Source: Lama glama (lineage: Eukaryota). From it: a stretch of 64,000 nucleotides of DNA. Every line of letters starts with the position of its first letter. Position 1 is the first letter of the stretch. Location of the stretch: NCBI GenBank assembly GCA_028534125.1, contig CM052818.1:17362001-17426000 (forward strand), read 5' to 3'. The notes beneath the pieces were generated by a model. That model was not told the DNA's origin. It worked only from the letters and a program-made list of their open reading frames with translations, and did not search any database. Below, piece by piece: positions 1-14,820 of the stretch. A program made the translations under genes and the position numbers.

Positions 1-1780
1 ACAACTAGCTGCTAACTTAGACTGTCTTGTCACTCTGGAAGGTATTGTAAATTAATTCTTTTGTTCTTATTTCACTCCATAAAATGATACATTCAATGGA
101 AGTGGCTATAAATTCATGAAACTCATTCTGGAAAGTCTTCTCAGAGGATCCAAATGAATGTTATTCTTTTAGGGTGTTACCTAGGATAATACACACTTAC
201 CACAAAGACACTGATGCTACTCAAAGCAGTTTTAGCATTTTCTGCTCTTGACATCAGAGCCAAGTTATTAAATGTATAGGAAATCAGGTGCAAGTCTATG
301 AACATGGATTTTTTTTCAGCTTACAAAGAAGGGACCTGCTTGGTTACTGTGAGAAGTGGGGATGTCAGAAAATACAGGAAGCCTTCCTTGTAGCCACATA
401 GCCAGGCATTGTAAAGAACTAGAACATGGTCGTGCTACTTGAGGCATCACAGCAAATCCAGTGAACCGATCATTTTACCATCTCTCTCTAACCCCAGAGA
501 GGGCATTTTTCCCATGACCCGTCTTCCTGTCCCTCTGATTCTTGAGCGTAAACATCTCTTCCTAATGATGCTACTTATGCCTACTGACTTCTCATTTCCT
601 GTATGTCCTTCCTCCATTTCTTCTTTACTTATACCATTGCCTCCTGACCCGCCAAGAGAAGTTCTACTGAGATTCAGTAGAGAGTTCAACCAGGTGGCGT
701 TCCTCTATGAAGAACTCCCTGCCGCCTCGTAGAGCCCTGTCTCCCTTGTTCCTTCCCTCTGGAGGGCTGGCTGCCTTGGCCTGTGGTGTGGTGTACGTGT
801 GTGTGCCTCTCATGGGTAGGACTCGCATATTATGTACAAGAAATCCCTACGGCTACTTCCCTCAGGAAAGTCTGTGAATATAGAAGGCACTCCAGGTTGA
901 AGATTTCGGTATAATTTTTTTTTTTTACAGCTGTGCTGACATATTGATCAGAACTGGTCAGAGTGATGGAGAAGAGATGACCCCAGATGTCCAGAGTGAG
1001 CAGCCAGATGTCAAGCAGGAGCTGAGATGAAGTTAGATGTGGGACAGCGAGGCAGACTTGAGGATGGAAGGAGATGGGTAGAGAAGGGAGAAAATCTTTC
1101 AGGGGCCCAGAAAACCAGAAATACTTGAGACCTAATAAGTCCAGAAACAGAAAGACTTAGGATACGCACACACAGGGGCACAGGTCATGGATGTCAGTGT
1201 GTGTCTGCAGCTGGTTTTCATTTCTTTAAGTTTCATTAGGCTCACTTTATATTGAACCAGCTCGGTCCCTTCCACAAATTTTTATCAAGGCCCCTTCTAG
1301 TCCAGGTAATGTGTTTCTCTCTTTTATTCACTGACTGTAGTTCTGAGTGACTTAAGATTAAAAATATGAATCGAATCCAAGTGTAATGGCTCAAAATTTG
1401 GCATCATCGGGACTGTTTAAAAGGTGATCAAAAGAGAAGTTCTGATGGCAAGATCGAAAGTGCACTCCGAATACGTTTTGAACACTGGCAGCTTCTTTGC
1501 GACAAATTTCAAAGCATCTCCTTTGAAGGGAACAACACTCAGTTTGATCTATAAGTTCTGGTATGTTTAGTGAGGGAAAAAAATCCTGCTGTATTACTTT
1601 TAAGTTTCACATTGCCTAAATCTGTCCTAAACATTTTAAAGGTACCATTTTGAGACCTTGATCCTTTGTTAGCCTACCCAGAACTCCTGGGTGCATTTCC
1701 CCAGTGGGTGCAGCAGGCCTTCCTGTGAGGCAGTGATCAGTTCTGACCTCCGGTAAAGAGGCTGATACGGACCCCTCCTT

Positions 1781-1876
1781 TAATTGTTTATTTTTTTAAA
1801 TGGAGGTACGGGATACTGAACCCAGGACTTCCTCCATGCTAGATACGCTCTCTACCACCGAGCTATCCCCTCCCCC
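1781..1876 (-). mobile_element. tRNA-Ala-derived camelid SINE (vic-1 type), diverged
   Basis: Reverse complement reads GGGGGAGGGGATAGCTCGGTGGTAGAG...GTCCTGGGTTCAGT...TACCTCCA plus A-rich tail; A and B boxes recognisable. Confidence 0.85.
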
Positions 1877-1952
1877 AGAACCGTTCTTTAAATTGATAAT
1901 AATATGTTTCAGAACCAGTTAAAGGATGAAAATGACTGATACTGCTATACAT

Positions 1953-2291
1953 TATGGGTTGGCAAACTTTTTCTCTAATGGCCACAGATAGTGATGTTTC
2001 AGGCTTGTGGGCCATAGATCTCTGTCACAACTACTCAACTGTGCTGTTGTAGTGCAGGAGCGGCCTTAGAGGATGTGTAAGTGGATGGGTGTGGCTGTGT
2101 TCCAATAGAACTTTATTCAGGGGCTCTGAAATTTCAATTTTATATACGTTTCATGTCTCACAAAACATTCTTCTCTGATTTCTTTTCAACCATTTCAAAA
2201 TGTAAAAAATATTATTCACTCATGGATAATACAAAAAAGGAAGTAGAGGGTGGGGTGGGATTTGGCCCATGACTTTAGTCGACTGACCCTT
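1953..2291 (+). mobile_element. MER58B-like hAT-Charlie non-autonomous DNA transposon, near full length
   Basis: Starts gggttggcaaactttt; internal caactactcaactgtgctgttgtagtgc and gtgtggctgtgttccaatagaactttatt; ends ggatttggccc...tgaccct; about 340 bp. Confidence 0.8.
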
Positions 2292-5179
2292 CATTTAAAC
2301 GAGGAAACCAGGATTTAGGAATTTCAGGTGGAAGGGTGGTAACCTACAGGGTGGCTCAGAGCTGGGGCAGCTTCCAGGAGCCATGCTGTAGGGGCGTTAT
2401 CTGCAGCCCTGGTGGAAAGCAGGTACAGAGTACCATTACGGTTTAATAAGCTGACTATGGAGCAGTAATACTGTGCACTAGAACCTTCCACGGCTGCTGG
2501 GAAGACGCTTACTCAAGGCTCTGCAATCCTCGTAAATACCAACTGTCCTTTGGCGGCCCCTTTGTTTAGATGAAGCAGGGTGCTAGAATTTATTGCTTCT
2601 GTGACTTAAAGTTCCTGGACACACCAACTACACTTGCTTTTCTCAAATAAAAGTCAGTTTGGATTTATTTAGAGACTTTGACCTTACGGAATAAATATCA
2701 GAACAATATGTCTGAGAGAGCAGGGTACTCATCTCTTGAAAATCCGGCAGGCCTCTGCTGTGGTAAAATTACTTCTAGCTGGTACTGGGGACAGTTCCCT
2801 GTGACTCATAGGGGGATGACCTTTCTGGAGATTCCTGACTTCCAGGGATGAATGCTTCCCTAGAAGTGGGTTTGTGGGTTGCAAAGGCAGTGTCAAACAC
2901 CTGGACACATTGGTATCTCTCCTCGACAGGGTATGGCCTGTTTAATAAATTCCTCCACATCTGGCCAAATGCCCCCCATTGCCTAGCACAGAACGGGTAC
3001 CCAAGCAAGCATTTGGGGATACAGTTTTAAGCTAAAATCCTCCCTCATTTTAAAATACTTTTTCCTGTTTCGTTTCGGTACTTGGAGGAAGAGGGATGCT
3101 TTAATGGATGCACGTGTCTGGGAAAGCAAAGCAAAACACAACAGGATTATTTGTTGAAACTGTATTGTTCCTGGGTGTGGAAAAGCACACGAGCCAATGT
3201 TTTCTAACATCAGATTTTCCCCCCTTAATTTGCAGCCTTATTTTTTCTTTCAACTTTGGTGGTTCAGCTCCAGGAGCGAAATGAAAAATCGCTCTCCCTC
3301 CCACAGTGAGCGCACACTGGCATCACTACACTGGAGGGTTTCTGTCTGCTGTCCTTGTGGAAAGAGAAATATACCGGTATCACATGGCTACACGACATCC
3401 ACGTTCGGCTGGTCATACCACCTCAGCCGCTGGCAAATGGGCCCTGAGATAAAATGCAATCCTGGAAAGGGTTCCTGTGCAGCCTCGTTTGAAGAAAGCA
3501 CTCATTATTCAGTCAGACTGTCAACCATGTACAGCAAAGTACCTTCTAAACCACTACCTTCATTTCTCGGCCCCTCCTGTTTGTCAGAGGAGATCTGGTT
3601 TTACCAGTGTTATTTCTTTAAAACCTAATTCCATTTCGCTGTTGGTCTAAACCAGCACTCCTAACTCCAAAGCACTCCAAAGCAATAGATTGTCAGGCAC
3701 CCATAAACAGCCTGCTTTGTTCCTCACCGCTGCACGGTGGGAGTAGTAAGCCAGCGCCTTTGCCTTCTTCGCCAAGACCCCTTTGCCCGGCTGGGCTAGA
3801 GAGCCCAGGAAACTAGCCCTGAATTCTTATCTTCCTGCATATATTGTTCTCTCAGTTTATTAATCTGAAGGGAGGCTCAAATAGAACGATTTTAATGATT
3901 ACAATAAAGCACAGGCCTCGTGGTACGCCTGTCTCATTTCAAAGAACCACCCGTATCTTTTATAGAGAATACTTGGAGAGAAATGTGACACTTAAAAAAT
4001 CTTAATTTTCTTGCTCTCTGGTTACATGCAGAACAATTCATGTAAAGCAAACCCAACTGAATAAATTGCTTTTATTTAGCAGTTGGTGAAAAAGAGCTTC
4101 TTCAAAATCAGATGAAGTACTGGGTAAATGGAATAATTCGATGCCACAGGAACTCTTCTTGTGGGGGAAAGACGTGCTACTCATTTGTCATTAATTACTT
4201 TGCCCAGATGAGTTTCACCTTTTGATTTTTCTTGTTTCTAAATGTGAACTTTGAGAGTTTGTGCTTTTCAGTATGTGTGTGTAGTAGAGAAAACACCTGG
4301 TATTCTTTATGCAGAACAAATCTGAAAGCTATTTTCTCACTATTGTACTTAATTATCTTCCTTAATTGTCTTCCAAAACTATCTTCCAATTTCATTTAAA
4401 AATTAATTTCTGTTTCTTAGTATGTAAGTGCTAACAATAACTGGGTTGGCTCAGGAAACATCATTCCATTCGAGGTCTAGAATTCTGAAAATTACCTTTT
4501 TTCTTATAAATAATTAACAAATTTGCCAAAAGTTAGCTGCTTATGGAATGTATGGATATCATATTTCCTTCCTGTGCACTGAATTCAAGTGTCTTTTGAT
4601 TCTATTTGAAATCAATAGCAGTGAGAAGCTGTATGCTTTATAGATAACTAATTTATATACCTAGCTATTTATAAATTATATAAATGTGTTTGTAATGCAT
4701 ATATTTGCAATACATATTTCAATTTAGTTTAAGACCTTGATTAATTAAGTCTACCCTGAAAATTTATAGCTAATATTAAACTTCATTAGAATTGTAGTGA
4801 AATGACACTTCCTTTAAGTAGAAGGAAAGAAGCCAAATGATACAGAGTTTTAGCAAATACAGCAAATAGTTCCTGGTGTCTAATAAGATGTCTCTTCTCT
4901 CAGTCTTGATTTACATCACACATTCATGTGAAAGGACAGTGAACGAGTGTGGAGAATAATATTGGAGGGGGAGAGGGAAACATCACTACCGCAAATTCCA
5001 TATTTGTCCTACAGGATAACTTCACCCTTGTGGGGGAAGTCATGTTTCTCAGCTTCAGGCATCTTGGTTGCATTGTGAGAAAGGGCATCTAACAGTCACG
5101 CTTTTTAATAAATAATAGTATCTAATGTGTAAAACTTCAACTTATTTGATGACTAATCCTTGGCTTTTTAATCTCAGCA

Positions 5180-5580
5180 TTAGAGCTTTCCTGAGTTATA
5201 CATCCTTCTCTATAATTACCTTCTTAGCAGTTGGCTCCATTTAAGTGTTACTGAGTCTCCTCCAACTCATCGCTTCCAAAACCAAACTTACTTTCCATCC
5301 AGATCTGTTTCACCTTCTACCTTCCGTATCCCAATGTACTGACAGTCCCCACCAGGTCACCAAAGTCAGAAATCTGGGAATCGTCCTCAATTTCTCATCT
5401 TTCTTATTCACTGTCTCATAGCTATCAGTTGCTGTATCTCTCCATCTGACTCTTCTTCTCCATTCTAACCTTAACTGTTTTAGTTCAGAGATCTGTCTCG
5501 TCTCACTACAATTAATACAGTCACCTCCCTCAAAGGTATTCTTTCTCCACTTCTGTGCCGCTGTAAATCATCCTTATGTA
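5180..5580 (+). mobile_element. LINE-2 fragment
   Basis: Pyrimidine-rich with L2-like motifs ccaaaaccaaact and caaagtcagaaatctgggaatcgtcctc. Confidence 0.6.
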
Positions 5581-5582
5581 TT

Positions 5583-5787
5583 CGAGTTTCTCACCTTGGC
5601 ATTATTGACCCTTGGGACTGGGGAATTCTTTGTTGTACAATGTGACATCCGCAACATCCCTGGCCTCTACCGTCTGGATGCCAGTAGCCCTTCTCTTTCA
5701 GTTGTGACAACCAAAACTGTTTCCAGACATTGTCAGATGTTCCCTGGGAGGAAAATTCCTCCCCTCCCCGCAACTTGGCAATCAGTG
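5583..5787 (+). mobile_element. MER20 hAT DNA transposon
   Basis: catccctggcctctacc...gatgccagtagc...cagttgtgacaaccaaaa...tccagacattg match the recalled MER20 consensus. Confidence 0.88.
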
Positions 5788-8019
5788 CTTTAGCCCCATT
5801 GTTAAATACAACTTCTATTAGATAGGTATTTACTAAATGTTTGATTAGAAGTTATTCATATGATACAGCATAATTACATACCATTTAAACATCCAAGAGA
5901 AAGATTTCTTTGAGTATTTGTTTGGATTGGACATTTAATAAGCCTCAAAAGATGCATTTAACTTGTGCACCAATAATATATATGTTTATTTCAGTTCCTC
6001 TCTCTTTGTTGTGTCTAAATCTGTTCTCGACCAGTTAAAGTCCTTTCCCCAACAGTAGAGTGACATCTCCCAAATTCGAAGTATAAGATTCTTTATAAAA
6101 ATCGATGTATCAGGAAATGATAATCTAGAAATCTTCCTAGGTTATTAAAGGAAAAAAATTAATACATACTAAAAAATAATTTTGAATACCACTTCTTAAA
6201 TGAAGAAAGCAAACTGCAACATGTGGAAACTTGAATCTTCTTATCAGCAAGTAATCTTTGTTTTCATTTGTTTAAAGCGTAGTTTTATCTAACATGTGGT
6301 AGGCTTTGAGAATGATAAAATATGAAAACAGACCATTCCATTATAATCCATCTGTACCCTAATTAAGACGGCATCCTAGAGTCAGATGATAGAAAGCAAG
6401 CTTAACTTGAGAGACATGTTCTATTTGTCATCTTTCCCCTGTTGCAATCCCATCTTAGGGAAATAAGACTTGCTAGTATTCAGACAATGTGAGCTCTGGA
6501 CAGTGTCAGGAGGAAAACATTCCTTCAAATACTAGATAACATGTAAAAGAAAAATTATATAAACACCTTTTTGGAAGATAACAAATCTCTATCCATTTGT
6601 AGTTCCCTTCCCCCATAGTATTTCTCATGCCTTCCAATGCTAAGGGCATATTAAAAATCATAGCAAAAGATTAAATGTACTTGCCCTATCACTTGGGGCT
6701 GAAGAATATAGAGACACATTGATTAATTTTTAATTCAAGAAATTATAAGAAGAGATACTAAATGTGAGACATAAGTACATAAAACATGTAGGCACTGAAT
6801 TTGAACAGCTTGGCAGTCACCTGGATTATTTTTATTTGTTTTTATATATTGTTCTGTAAAAAGTATTGAGCCTCAAGCTCAATGAAATGATGTAGTTAAG
6901 CAATTTACAAGTCTGTGTCTATTGCTGATCATGATGCTTAGATTATTGTAAGTTGAAAAGTACCCTCCATAAAATGGGAAGTTCTGTGCATCAGTCCTTT
7001 GCACTTGAATGCCAACATCAGCATGTCCACATTGGATGATGAGGATGAGGATGGTAAGATGAAAAAGCTGAAGTGGAAGTAGTAACAGCAGTCAGGTTAT
7101 TACAGGATGCCTTGCGATTTCTTAGGGGCTAAAAATAATTTCCCCATTATCAAGAGAACACTGAATTTCAAACTCTAATTTTATCTCAATACTTCTTCAG
7201 AGATAATATGAATTCATATATATTTATAGGAGCCCTTCAAAGCATTTTTCAATTATAGAGCAATCACTTTTCCTCAAAAAATTTTAACGTACTTACCCGG
7301 ATAACAATAAGGTGTGAGAGATTTTTCTAGTTTTGTTTTTTTTTTTTTTTGGTTTGGTTGTTTAGCTGATGTGTTTTGTTGATCAGTTTGTCTCCTACAC
7401 CTTTGAATAACATTCATAGCCTGTTCATTTACTAGCGACCTTAACTAGTTCACGGGTTAACTGCCTTACCTAAATCTTCTTCCTGAGATGCACCTTTTCT
7501 TAAGAAGCTTTTGGTTAAATTTTTCTGTGCTGCTTTCTGTGACAGTTGTAAATTGAGGATATTTCATTCTCTCATGCTAGTTTTTCAAGGTTTGTTCTCA
7601 AATATGCAATTGTATTGAATGTCAGATTGACTTTATATTGAAAAGTAAGCTGTGTGGGTAATTTGAAACTGTTTTTCTGTGGGCCTTAGTGTAAGTGGAA
7701 GACTTAAACATACATAAGGCTCTAGTAAGTCGCATGCAACTAAAACAAACTCCAAATTTATAGTAGAATTTCATAAAATTATTTCTTAAAGTTTTTTTGC
7801 CTACTGTAACATTTAAATTACTACCTTTTTAAGCAAAATGTATATAAATACTTGACATATATAATATTTAATATATATGTATTTCACTTGGTTTGAAAAT
7901 ACCAGATAGTACTTAACACAATAATCTCCTGCCTCACCCCACAGATTTTCCTGTTGTAAGTAGATAAGGACAACAGGAGACTAGAATTGGGTTGGGGAAT
8001 AAAAATAGAACTAAGAAAA

Positions 8020-8430
8020 AGCATTTACTAACTACAGTATATTTTGTGGTAGGCACTCTTCTAGGTGCTAAGGATATGATGGAGAAAAAAAATCTAGGCT
8101 TTGCCTTTATGATGTTTCTAGCCATTGTGGAAGGCAGCCATTATTAAAAGATTCCAAAATACGTAGTAGTTTTAAAACTATTATAAGTATCGTAGAACGA
8201 CAGAGAAGAAGATGCTATAAAATCATATAATTAAGGACCCTAATCTAGTGTGGGAGTCCAACAAAGGCTTCCTTAGAGGAACATCATTTGAACTGCAATC
8301 TGCTGGGTGAGTGGGAGTTCATTAGGTGAAGAGGAGAGAAGCGCTGGGTAGGAGATTTCAAGCTGACAGGACAGCACAGGCTCAGGCCTGGATGCATGGG
8401 GGAAAAATGACTCTCGTAAGGAACTGGGAT
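8020..8430 (-). mobile_element. LINE-2 3' end fragment
   Basis: catttact...aggcactcttctaggtgctaaggatat...aaggcttccttagagga, typical antisense L2 3' end. Confidence 0.6.
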
Positions 8431-11159
8431 GTTATTGCTCCCCTTCATCAACGAGTGCCGACTGAGAATCCTCGAAGGTCAGTGCACTAGAGCTGTGTTA
8501 GATGGTCTCCATGATTTCCAAAGGAAGACACTCTCTCGATCTTGTATGTGCAGTGAAAACTAGACCATAGCAGCCCCTCACACCATCTGTTGTGCGTCCC
8601 GTATACTTTGGTTGGTGGAGGAAAGGAATGAATAAAAGAAACTCTTCTCTTGAAAAACTTTATTCTAGTTAGAAAAGGAGAACAAAGAGACAGAAATGGA
8701 CATAGAGAGATGGTGAGAAAGCGTGTAAGGCATTTGCCTGGAGTTCTCCAAATCCAGTCTGGAGAATAATAAGCCTGGAGTTTCTTATAAGAATGAATAT
8801 AGAGATAGACCCTGTTAACAGTGGCTGCTGCTGATGGCTGTTGAGATACAGAAGATATTTAGATAGAAAACGTAGGTATTACAAGGAATAACATGTATTA
8901 AATCATACACTCTGGTTCCAGATTTAAATATGTAGCAGTTATGTGTAGTAGAAAAGGAAATAGATAAGCTAAGAAAAATTATCACCTGATCGCTCTTCTA
9001 TTTAAAAAGTAACTCTAACAGATCATTAAGTGAAGAGTGTGTCACTACATCCTCCAATCTTTATCAGAGGCCTCCAATGTTAAGCTTCTTTGTTCAAATT
9101 GGAGCCTTAAAATTCTGCACCAGAAAAAGGAAGTTATTGATTCCTTTTGTCATGTGCATTTTGTACTTTAAGCAAAGCCAATATTTAAGACTACCAGCAG
9201 AGTAAATTTTAAGGACTCTTGTTCATTCCTGAGGCATTTCCATAAAAAACAATTTACTTACAATGCATCTTGAGAGATGGGACCTTTTGATTTTGTTGAA
9301 GAAAACATTGTTTTCAGAGCATCCTCCAATAACTGGGTCTTTAAAAGAAGTTACAGACTACTCATGGAATAGGCAAAGCAAAGACAACAGTAATAACTAA
9401 CATTACGGTGTACGGAGCAATTTCACATTTATTACTTCGTTTGGCAGTTCTTTTCTGTTTTCATCCATTTCCGCTCCTCGTGTGTGCCAGGCAGCCCTGG
9501 AGGCTGTCGGTACAGCAGTGGAGACAACAGATGCTGCTTGTTTTTTCCTACACAGAGCTTACGATGTCAAAAATACAGGGAGATAGATGAGTTTTATTTT
9601 ACTATGTTACAGACAAGTTATCCACGACTCAAAGAGTTAAAACACGTATCTGGAGTAAAAGAAGTCTGTTTGCCTTAACTTAAGCCAAAGAAGATGTTGA
9701 TCTGAGGATGGTTACTCTTTGACCTCAAAATGAGATTAGAGTTAATAATGTTGTTAATAGGTAAAATCCCCTGATACTCGAAACATGTCTCTCTGTTTGT
9801 CTCACCTACCCAAAATTATTTTACTGCTCCAGTTAGTCATCAAATTGTGGAAGAAATGTTATGCTGGATTTTATTTGGAATCGGTTCATGTTTTCAAAGA
9901 ATTCATCTGATCTCACATAATGAAAGGAGATAGTGTAAAAATAGAAAGTCAACAATATGACAGAAATTATACCATTTATGCCACACTTCGAATTGTATCT
10001 TACTTTGAGGCTGTGACGAATGCCTTAAAAATATTCTGCAGTGCTGTCTAAGGGATCTGCCTAAAATTAAATGTAACTATTCGTGTCCTTGACTTAAAAC
10101 TGTTCAGTGGCTCCCTATCACTCAGATGCTAAATTTCAGAAACCTTAACATGGCATATAAAGCTCTTTATGATATAGGCACTGCCTATCTTTCCAGTCAC
10201 ATCTGCTTCCTGCTTTTCACTTCATGCTCCAAAAGTACTGGTATATAACACAGATGGAGAAGACCATAAAACTAAAAAGTAATAACTCTAAAACATTTTG
10301 ATTAAATATATCAGTGCCTCAGACCTCAGGATGAAATCGAGTTTTGCTTTAGATAAATAACTAATTTTATGATGGGAATGCATTTCTCAATAGTAATAAA
10401 TATTTTTCCTTGGGCCAAGCAGGGTTTAAAACTCTTGACTTTTTTGCATGTTTATTTTAAAGATGTTTGGGAAAGAAAATAATAAAAACTACATTTGTTT
10501 TATGTTTTTGAGAGTGGAAACTTATAGACAATAGTGAAAATTCAGTTTCTTAAAGGGTTTGCATCACCTGATTAGTTTAACAATTGGATCTAATTTTTTG
10601 ATCCTTAGTAATCTAAATTCCTGGGTTAATTGGAAACAGTGTGTCTCTAACTAAGCCCTTGATTTGTGAAAGGGGACCTCTTCACTTTCTTCCCTAGAGC
10701 AGGAACCAGGAGCACATTTTTGTCATTAATAACAATATTAATGTTTATATTTCCACTTGCCAAGGCTCTCAGTAGCATATCCATGTTCCCATCACAAGGG
10801 ACAGAACAAGGTTTTAATGTTGTTTTATAATTATGGATTTTTAATAAAAAATAATAAAAATGCAATTTACTTTGGCCCCAATTCAACATGGCCCCCAAAA
10901 TGTACATTTTTAGCCCTTAACTGATGCTTGCTCAAGATGGGTTCCAAACCTCCAGTACTTAGAAACAAACAGACAAAAACAAAATAACAACCAAACCAAG
11001 CAAAAAATCCTCTTTTGTATCAATCATCTTCTTCCCTGAGGAAAAGCTCTGTAAAAGCATCCTGTATCCAGTCTAAACTTAGGAGAACATTGAGTTAGAA
11101 ATCCCAGACAGGCCTCAGAGAGTTTGAATTATGGTTTAGACTGTGATTTAATATTCACA

Positions 11160-11365
11160 AAGTAGATACCACTTATTAACTGCCTACCATATTTGTCTTA
11201 GATTATCCTCACAGTGTTCTTCCAAGGATGTATTTATTACCCCGTTTTACAGATGAGGAGACTGAGGTTCCAACAGGTGAAGGGTAGCTTGAGATTACAT
11301 GGCTCATAAGTGGCAGAGCTGGGATTTCAGTTCTAGCCTGCAGGACTCCGAAGGCTGAAGTTTAT
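11160..11365 (-). mobile_element. MIR SINE
   Basis: Core ttttacagatgaggagactgagg and aagtggcagagctgggattt. Confidence 0.85.
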
Positions 11366-13457
11366 CATGACCCACACCACATGGCCATGTGGTTAGTGTG
11401 TTCCTGACAAATGGGAGCCTTAGAAAATCTCAGGAGACTTACAACTTGAAATCCTATTGATCTAAAGCAATCTTTTTGATAATTTTGTAAAATAATGACA
11501 CATTTTATAATGTGACTGACTGACTTCTAACGTATCTGCTTTGTAAGCTTAGCATTTTCATAGAGTGCTTTTTCATAATGGGAAGGAAACCTGAATTAAA
11601 ATTTCAAGATAAAGTAACATTTAAAGTTAAAAGTAAATGGCTTAGTGTTACTGCCATTTTAAATTATTTTAAAATTAATCTCTTTTGAGATAATGATGTT
11701 TTCAAGCTATGTTCACTCTACCTTTTCTTTTGTTTTATATTGTGATTTATGAATCACTTAATGTTGTATTATCTTTGCTAATCTGGAAATAATTCTGGCA
11801 CTTTGTCAATAGTAATAGCTACAAAGCAAATATTTTATCTTTCAAAGCAGTCTATAAACAAGTAAGAGGCTTTGTGGCAATCTTTAGTAAAATGGCAGAA
11901 CATATTTTCAGTTTGATGTACTTTAAACGCTTCATTAGAGTTGTTTCATGTGTCATTCATGTAAATATTTTAGTTAATGAATCATTATCTCATTAACAAC
12001 GTAGCCAACCAAGGATAATTCTTCATGGCCACCATGATTCTGGGGCAAGGAAAAAGAAGAGTTAACTTTGGGTAGAAAAAAAGGTCAAAATGGGTGCAAT
12101 ACTTTTGGTGCTTTTTCCTCCAGTTTTGAGTATTTCTTTACTCCTATCAAAAATACCTTGCTAGCATGTTCTGCTGAATGGTCATTATTATCAGGGTACC
12201 TGTTATACATTTTGTAACTTTTAAACTATTACCATTTAGATTGGATCTATTTTGCTATTAAATGTAAAATGTTGACACCTATATTATTATAAATTTGATA
12301 ATAACCCATATCTTAGTGTGGTTTTATAGACGGTCATGTCATTTGACAGGCAACTGATGGGCCATTTGATACAAGCAGTCACCCCAACACCATTATTTCC
12401 ATTTTGGACAGGCCAGTGATTTGAACGGTGGTTCCCAGGGGATAGGAACCTGTTAGCTGATAGCCTCTGACAAATGATGTCACAGATATCAGGCTGTTTC
12501 TTTGAACACATCTTTTTTTTTTTTTAAATCTGCAAGTGCAAAATAAGGACAGAGAGATTTGAACTGGGTAAGAAGGATGAAATGAATGGTTTGTGGCATA
12601 AGTGGATTACGCATGACATTTTTAATCTTAGGGATTATTATTTCAAGAGTGCACTTTGTAGCTAAAACATGACTTCTAGGCTCTGTGAATGATTGTTAGG
12701 TGAGCCATCATTAAGTTCTTTGTATTTTAAATCATTTTTCAGTAGAGTTATCTCCAAAAGGCTCAGTGCTGTTGCTTATCTCCACGTGTTGGCAGTCTTT
12801 TACCACACTCTCACTGGACACCGCCCTGCACTGTACTGTTCTGAGCGCAGAATGGTCTTTTGCTCCACAAGGTTGCACTTTCATCTTTCAGGTTTGATGC
12901 TTTTGTAAATGTTTTTTGACGTTAAATAAAATAAGTGCCACCATACTTCAGTAAGCTGCTTACTATCAAATGTAAATACAAACCTCTATAAAGAGCTTTT
13001 ATTCAAAAAATGTAATGGTCCTTAGTGACCCTTTGGGCCCAATTTAGGTCATTTCTCTCAGATTAGAAGTGGTACATTGAGGTTTTTTTGTTTTGTTTTG
13101 TTTTGTTGGTTTTTTTTACAGGAGGCACAAAAATAGTCAATGTGTGTGATTTCAAAACTATTGGATGTTTTGAGCCACATGGAACATTTTCATAGAATAA
13201 TCAGTGCCTTAAGAGTGCTGGTAATTCCATTTGCCACTCAGAACATTGTTTCTCTTTTTTTCCCCTTAACACTGTGTTAAATACATATTTCTGATAATGG
13301 TAGATTGTATAGAAAGAAGTGAAGTAAATTGAATATTACATTAAAACATGAAGAAAAATAAGGATGGAGACATTCCTTGTATTGTCCCCCCCCCTCCAAA
13401 ATCCATATTTGGGAGTTGTGTGAGCAAATACAACATTGTGGTCTTAAAGTCACTTGA

Positions 13458-13583
13458 AGGCAGGGAGGGTATAGCTCAGTGGTAGGGTGCATGCTTAACA
13501 TGCAGGAGGTCCTGGGTTCAGTCTCCACTAAAAATTAATAAATAAATAAACCTAATTGCTTCCCCCAACGCCCCCCCCAAAAA
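13458..13583 (+). mobile_element. tRNA-Ala-derived camelid SINE (vic-1 type) with TSD
   Basis: gggagggtatagctcagtggtag...gaggtcctgggttcagt, then (AAAT)n and a C-rich/A tail. TSD ttaaagtcacttga (13444-13457) vs ttaaaggcatttga (about 13584-13597), 12/14 identical. Confidence 0.92.
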
Positions 13584-14760
13584 TTAAAGGCATTTGATGC
13601 TTTACTGGATATGCTACAAAATCAGTCCAGCTCTGATCTGTCATGAGAACATCCTTCTAAAATAGTTAAAGTATATTTATTATCTTCTCTTTTGAGCTTA
13701 GTCGCCTAGGCACTGTGCTGTTACAAGCTCCTGGCTAGAAAGAAAGGTAAGTCAGACCCTTTTAGGGCTCCTGTTGGCCAAACAGTATGGGCTTCCCACA
13801 TTCTTAAGAAAGCCAGCAAGCAGCAGAGTACTAGTTCTCCACTTGAATTTTTTTTTTCCAGTCGAGGAATAGTAAAAATTCTTAGTAGCAACTCTGTTCT
13901 GATGTGATTTCCTTGGCTATATGTGTCTTCTGAGTACATGAATTAGGCTTTTAATTAATTAACCTTTTTTTTTTTTATTTAAACAGCTCTGAGATTTTCA
14001 TAAGGTGAAGGGTTGTCTGTGAGGGTATGCAAACTAAGCTGCAAGGACATACCACTTCCTTAAAATCAAAGGAGACCAAGGAGCCTCTTTCTTTCTGCTT
14101 CTTTTGAGTGTCTTGCCTTTCTGTTGTTGAGGAAGCTCTGCTTGAATACATGGGGCGTTTTCCTTTCAGTGTTTCCGTTTTTTCAGTTTAGTCTTCCAAT
14201 TTAAACTGGCAGGATTTAAATCGCAGAATTGTGCTTTTTTGCAAGGTAGTAATGGGCTATAATGCAATTGTTACTGTCATCATGGAACAGTGAGTCTGTA
14301 GTATGTAGGGCACATTAAACAAATATGGCCTTTGACACTACTGTCATATAGCAAATTCATTTCTAATATTTAATACTTTAATAACTAGGGCCCTGAAATT
14401 CAGGAGGCTGGGATTAGCCAGTTTTCTTTAAAGTTTGAAGGAGGTATATTTGCAGCAAACAAGGGTTCCATGACTTACCTAAACTTAAAGAGTCAATTCC
14501 ACCAAATGGGGTAGTGATCAGACATGTGAATGAATTAGAAAGGACTCAGTGAATAAATAATTAATTGGCACAATAAAGGGTTAATATGTTAGGGAAAGAT
14601 AAAGTTTGGGTGAGGAACTCAACCCTTTGAACAAAAGTGGGGGCACAATAATGTTCTCTGTAATGTTTCAAAGGGACCACTAGCCAAGCATAGATTTATT
14701 TTCTGCCTGAAACCTTGGAGAATGAAAAAGAAACGTTGGGTTTTTTTTTGTTGCTGTTGT

Positions 14761-14820
14761 TTTTAAAATACTGTGTTTGAGTTTTTAAATACTGCATTTT
14801 GATTTTAAATACTGCATTTG
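14761..14820. repeat. Three imperfect tandem copies of a ~20-bp unit (ttttaaatactgcatttga-like)
   Basis: ttttaaaatactgtgtttgag / tttttaaatactgcattttga / ttttaaatactgcatttg. Confidence 0.8.

Noticed and set aside
1781..13583. Inverted SINE pair forming dsRNA for A-to-I editing
   Set aside because: The copies are short, diverged and more than 11 kb apart.
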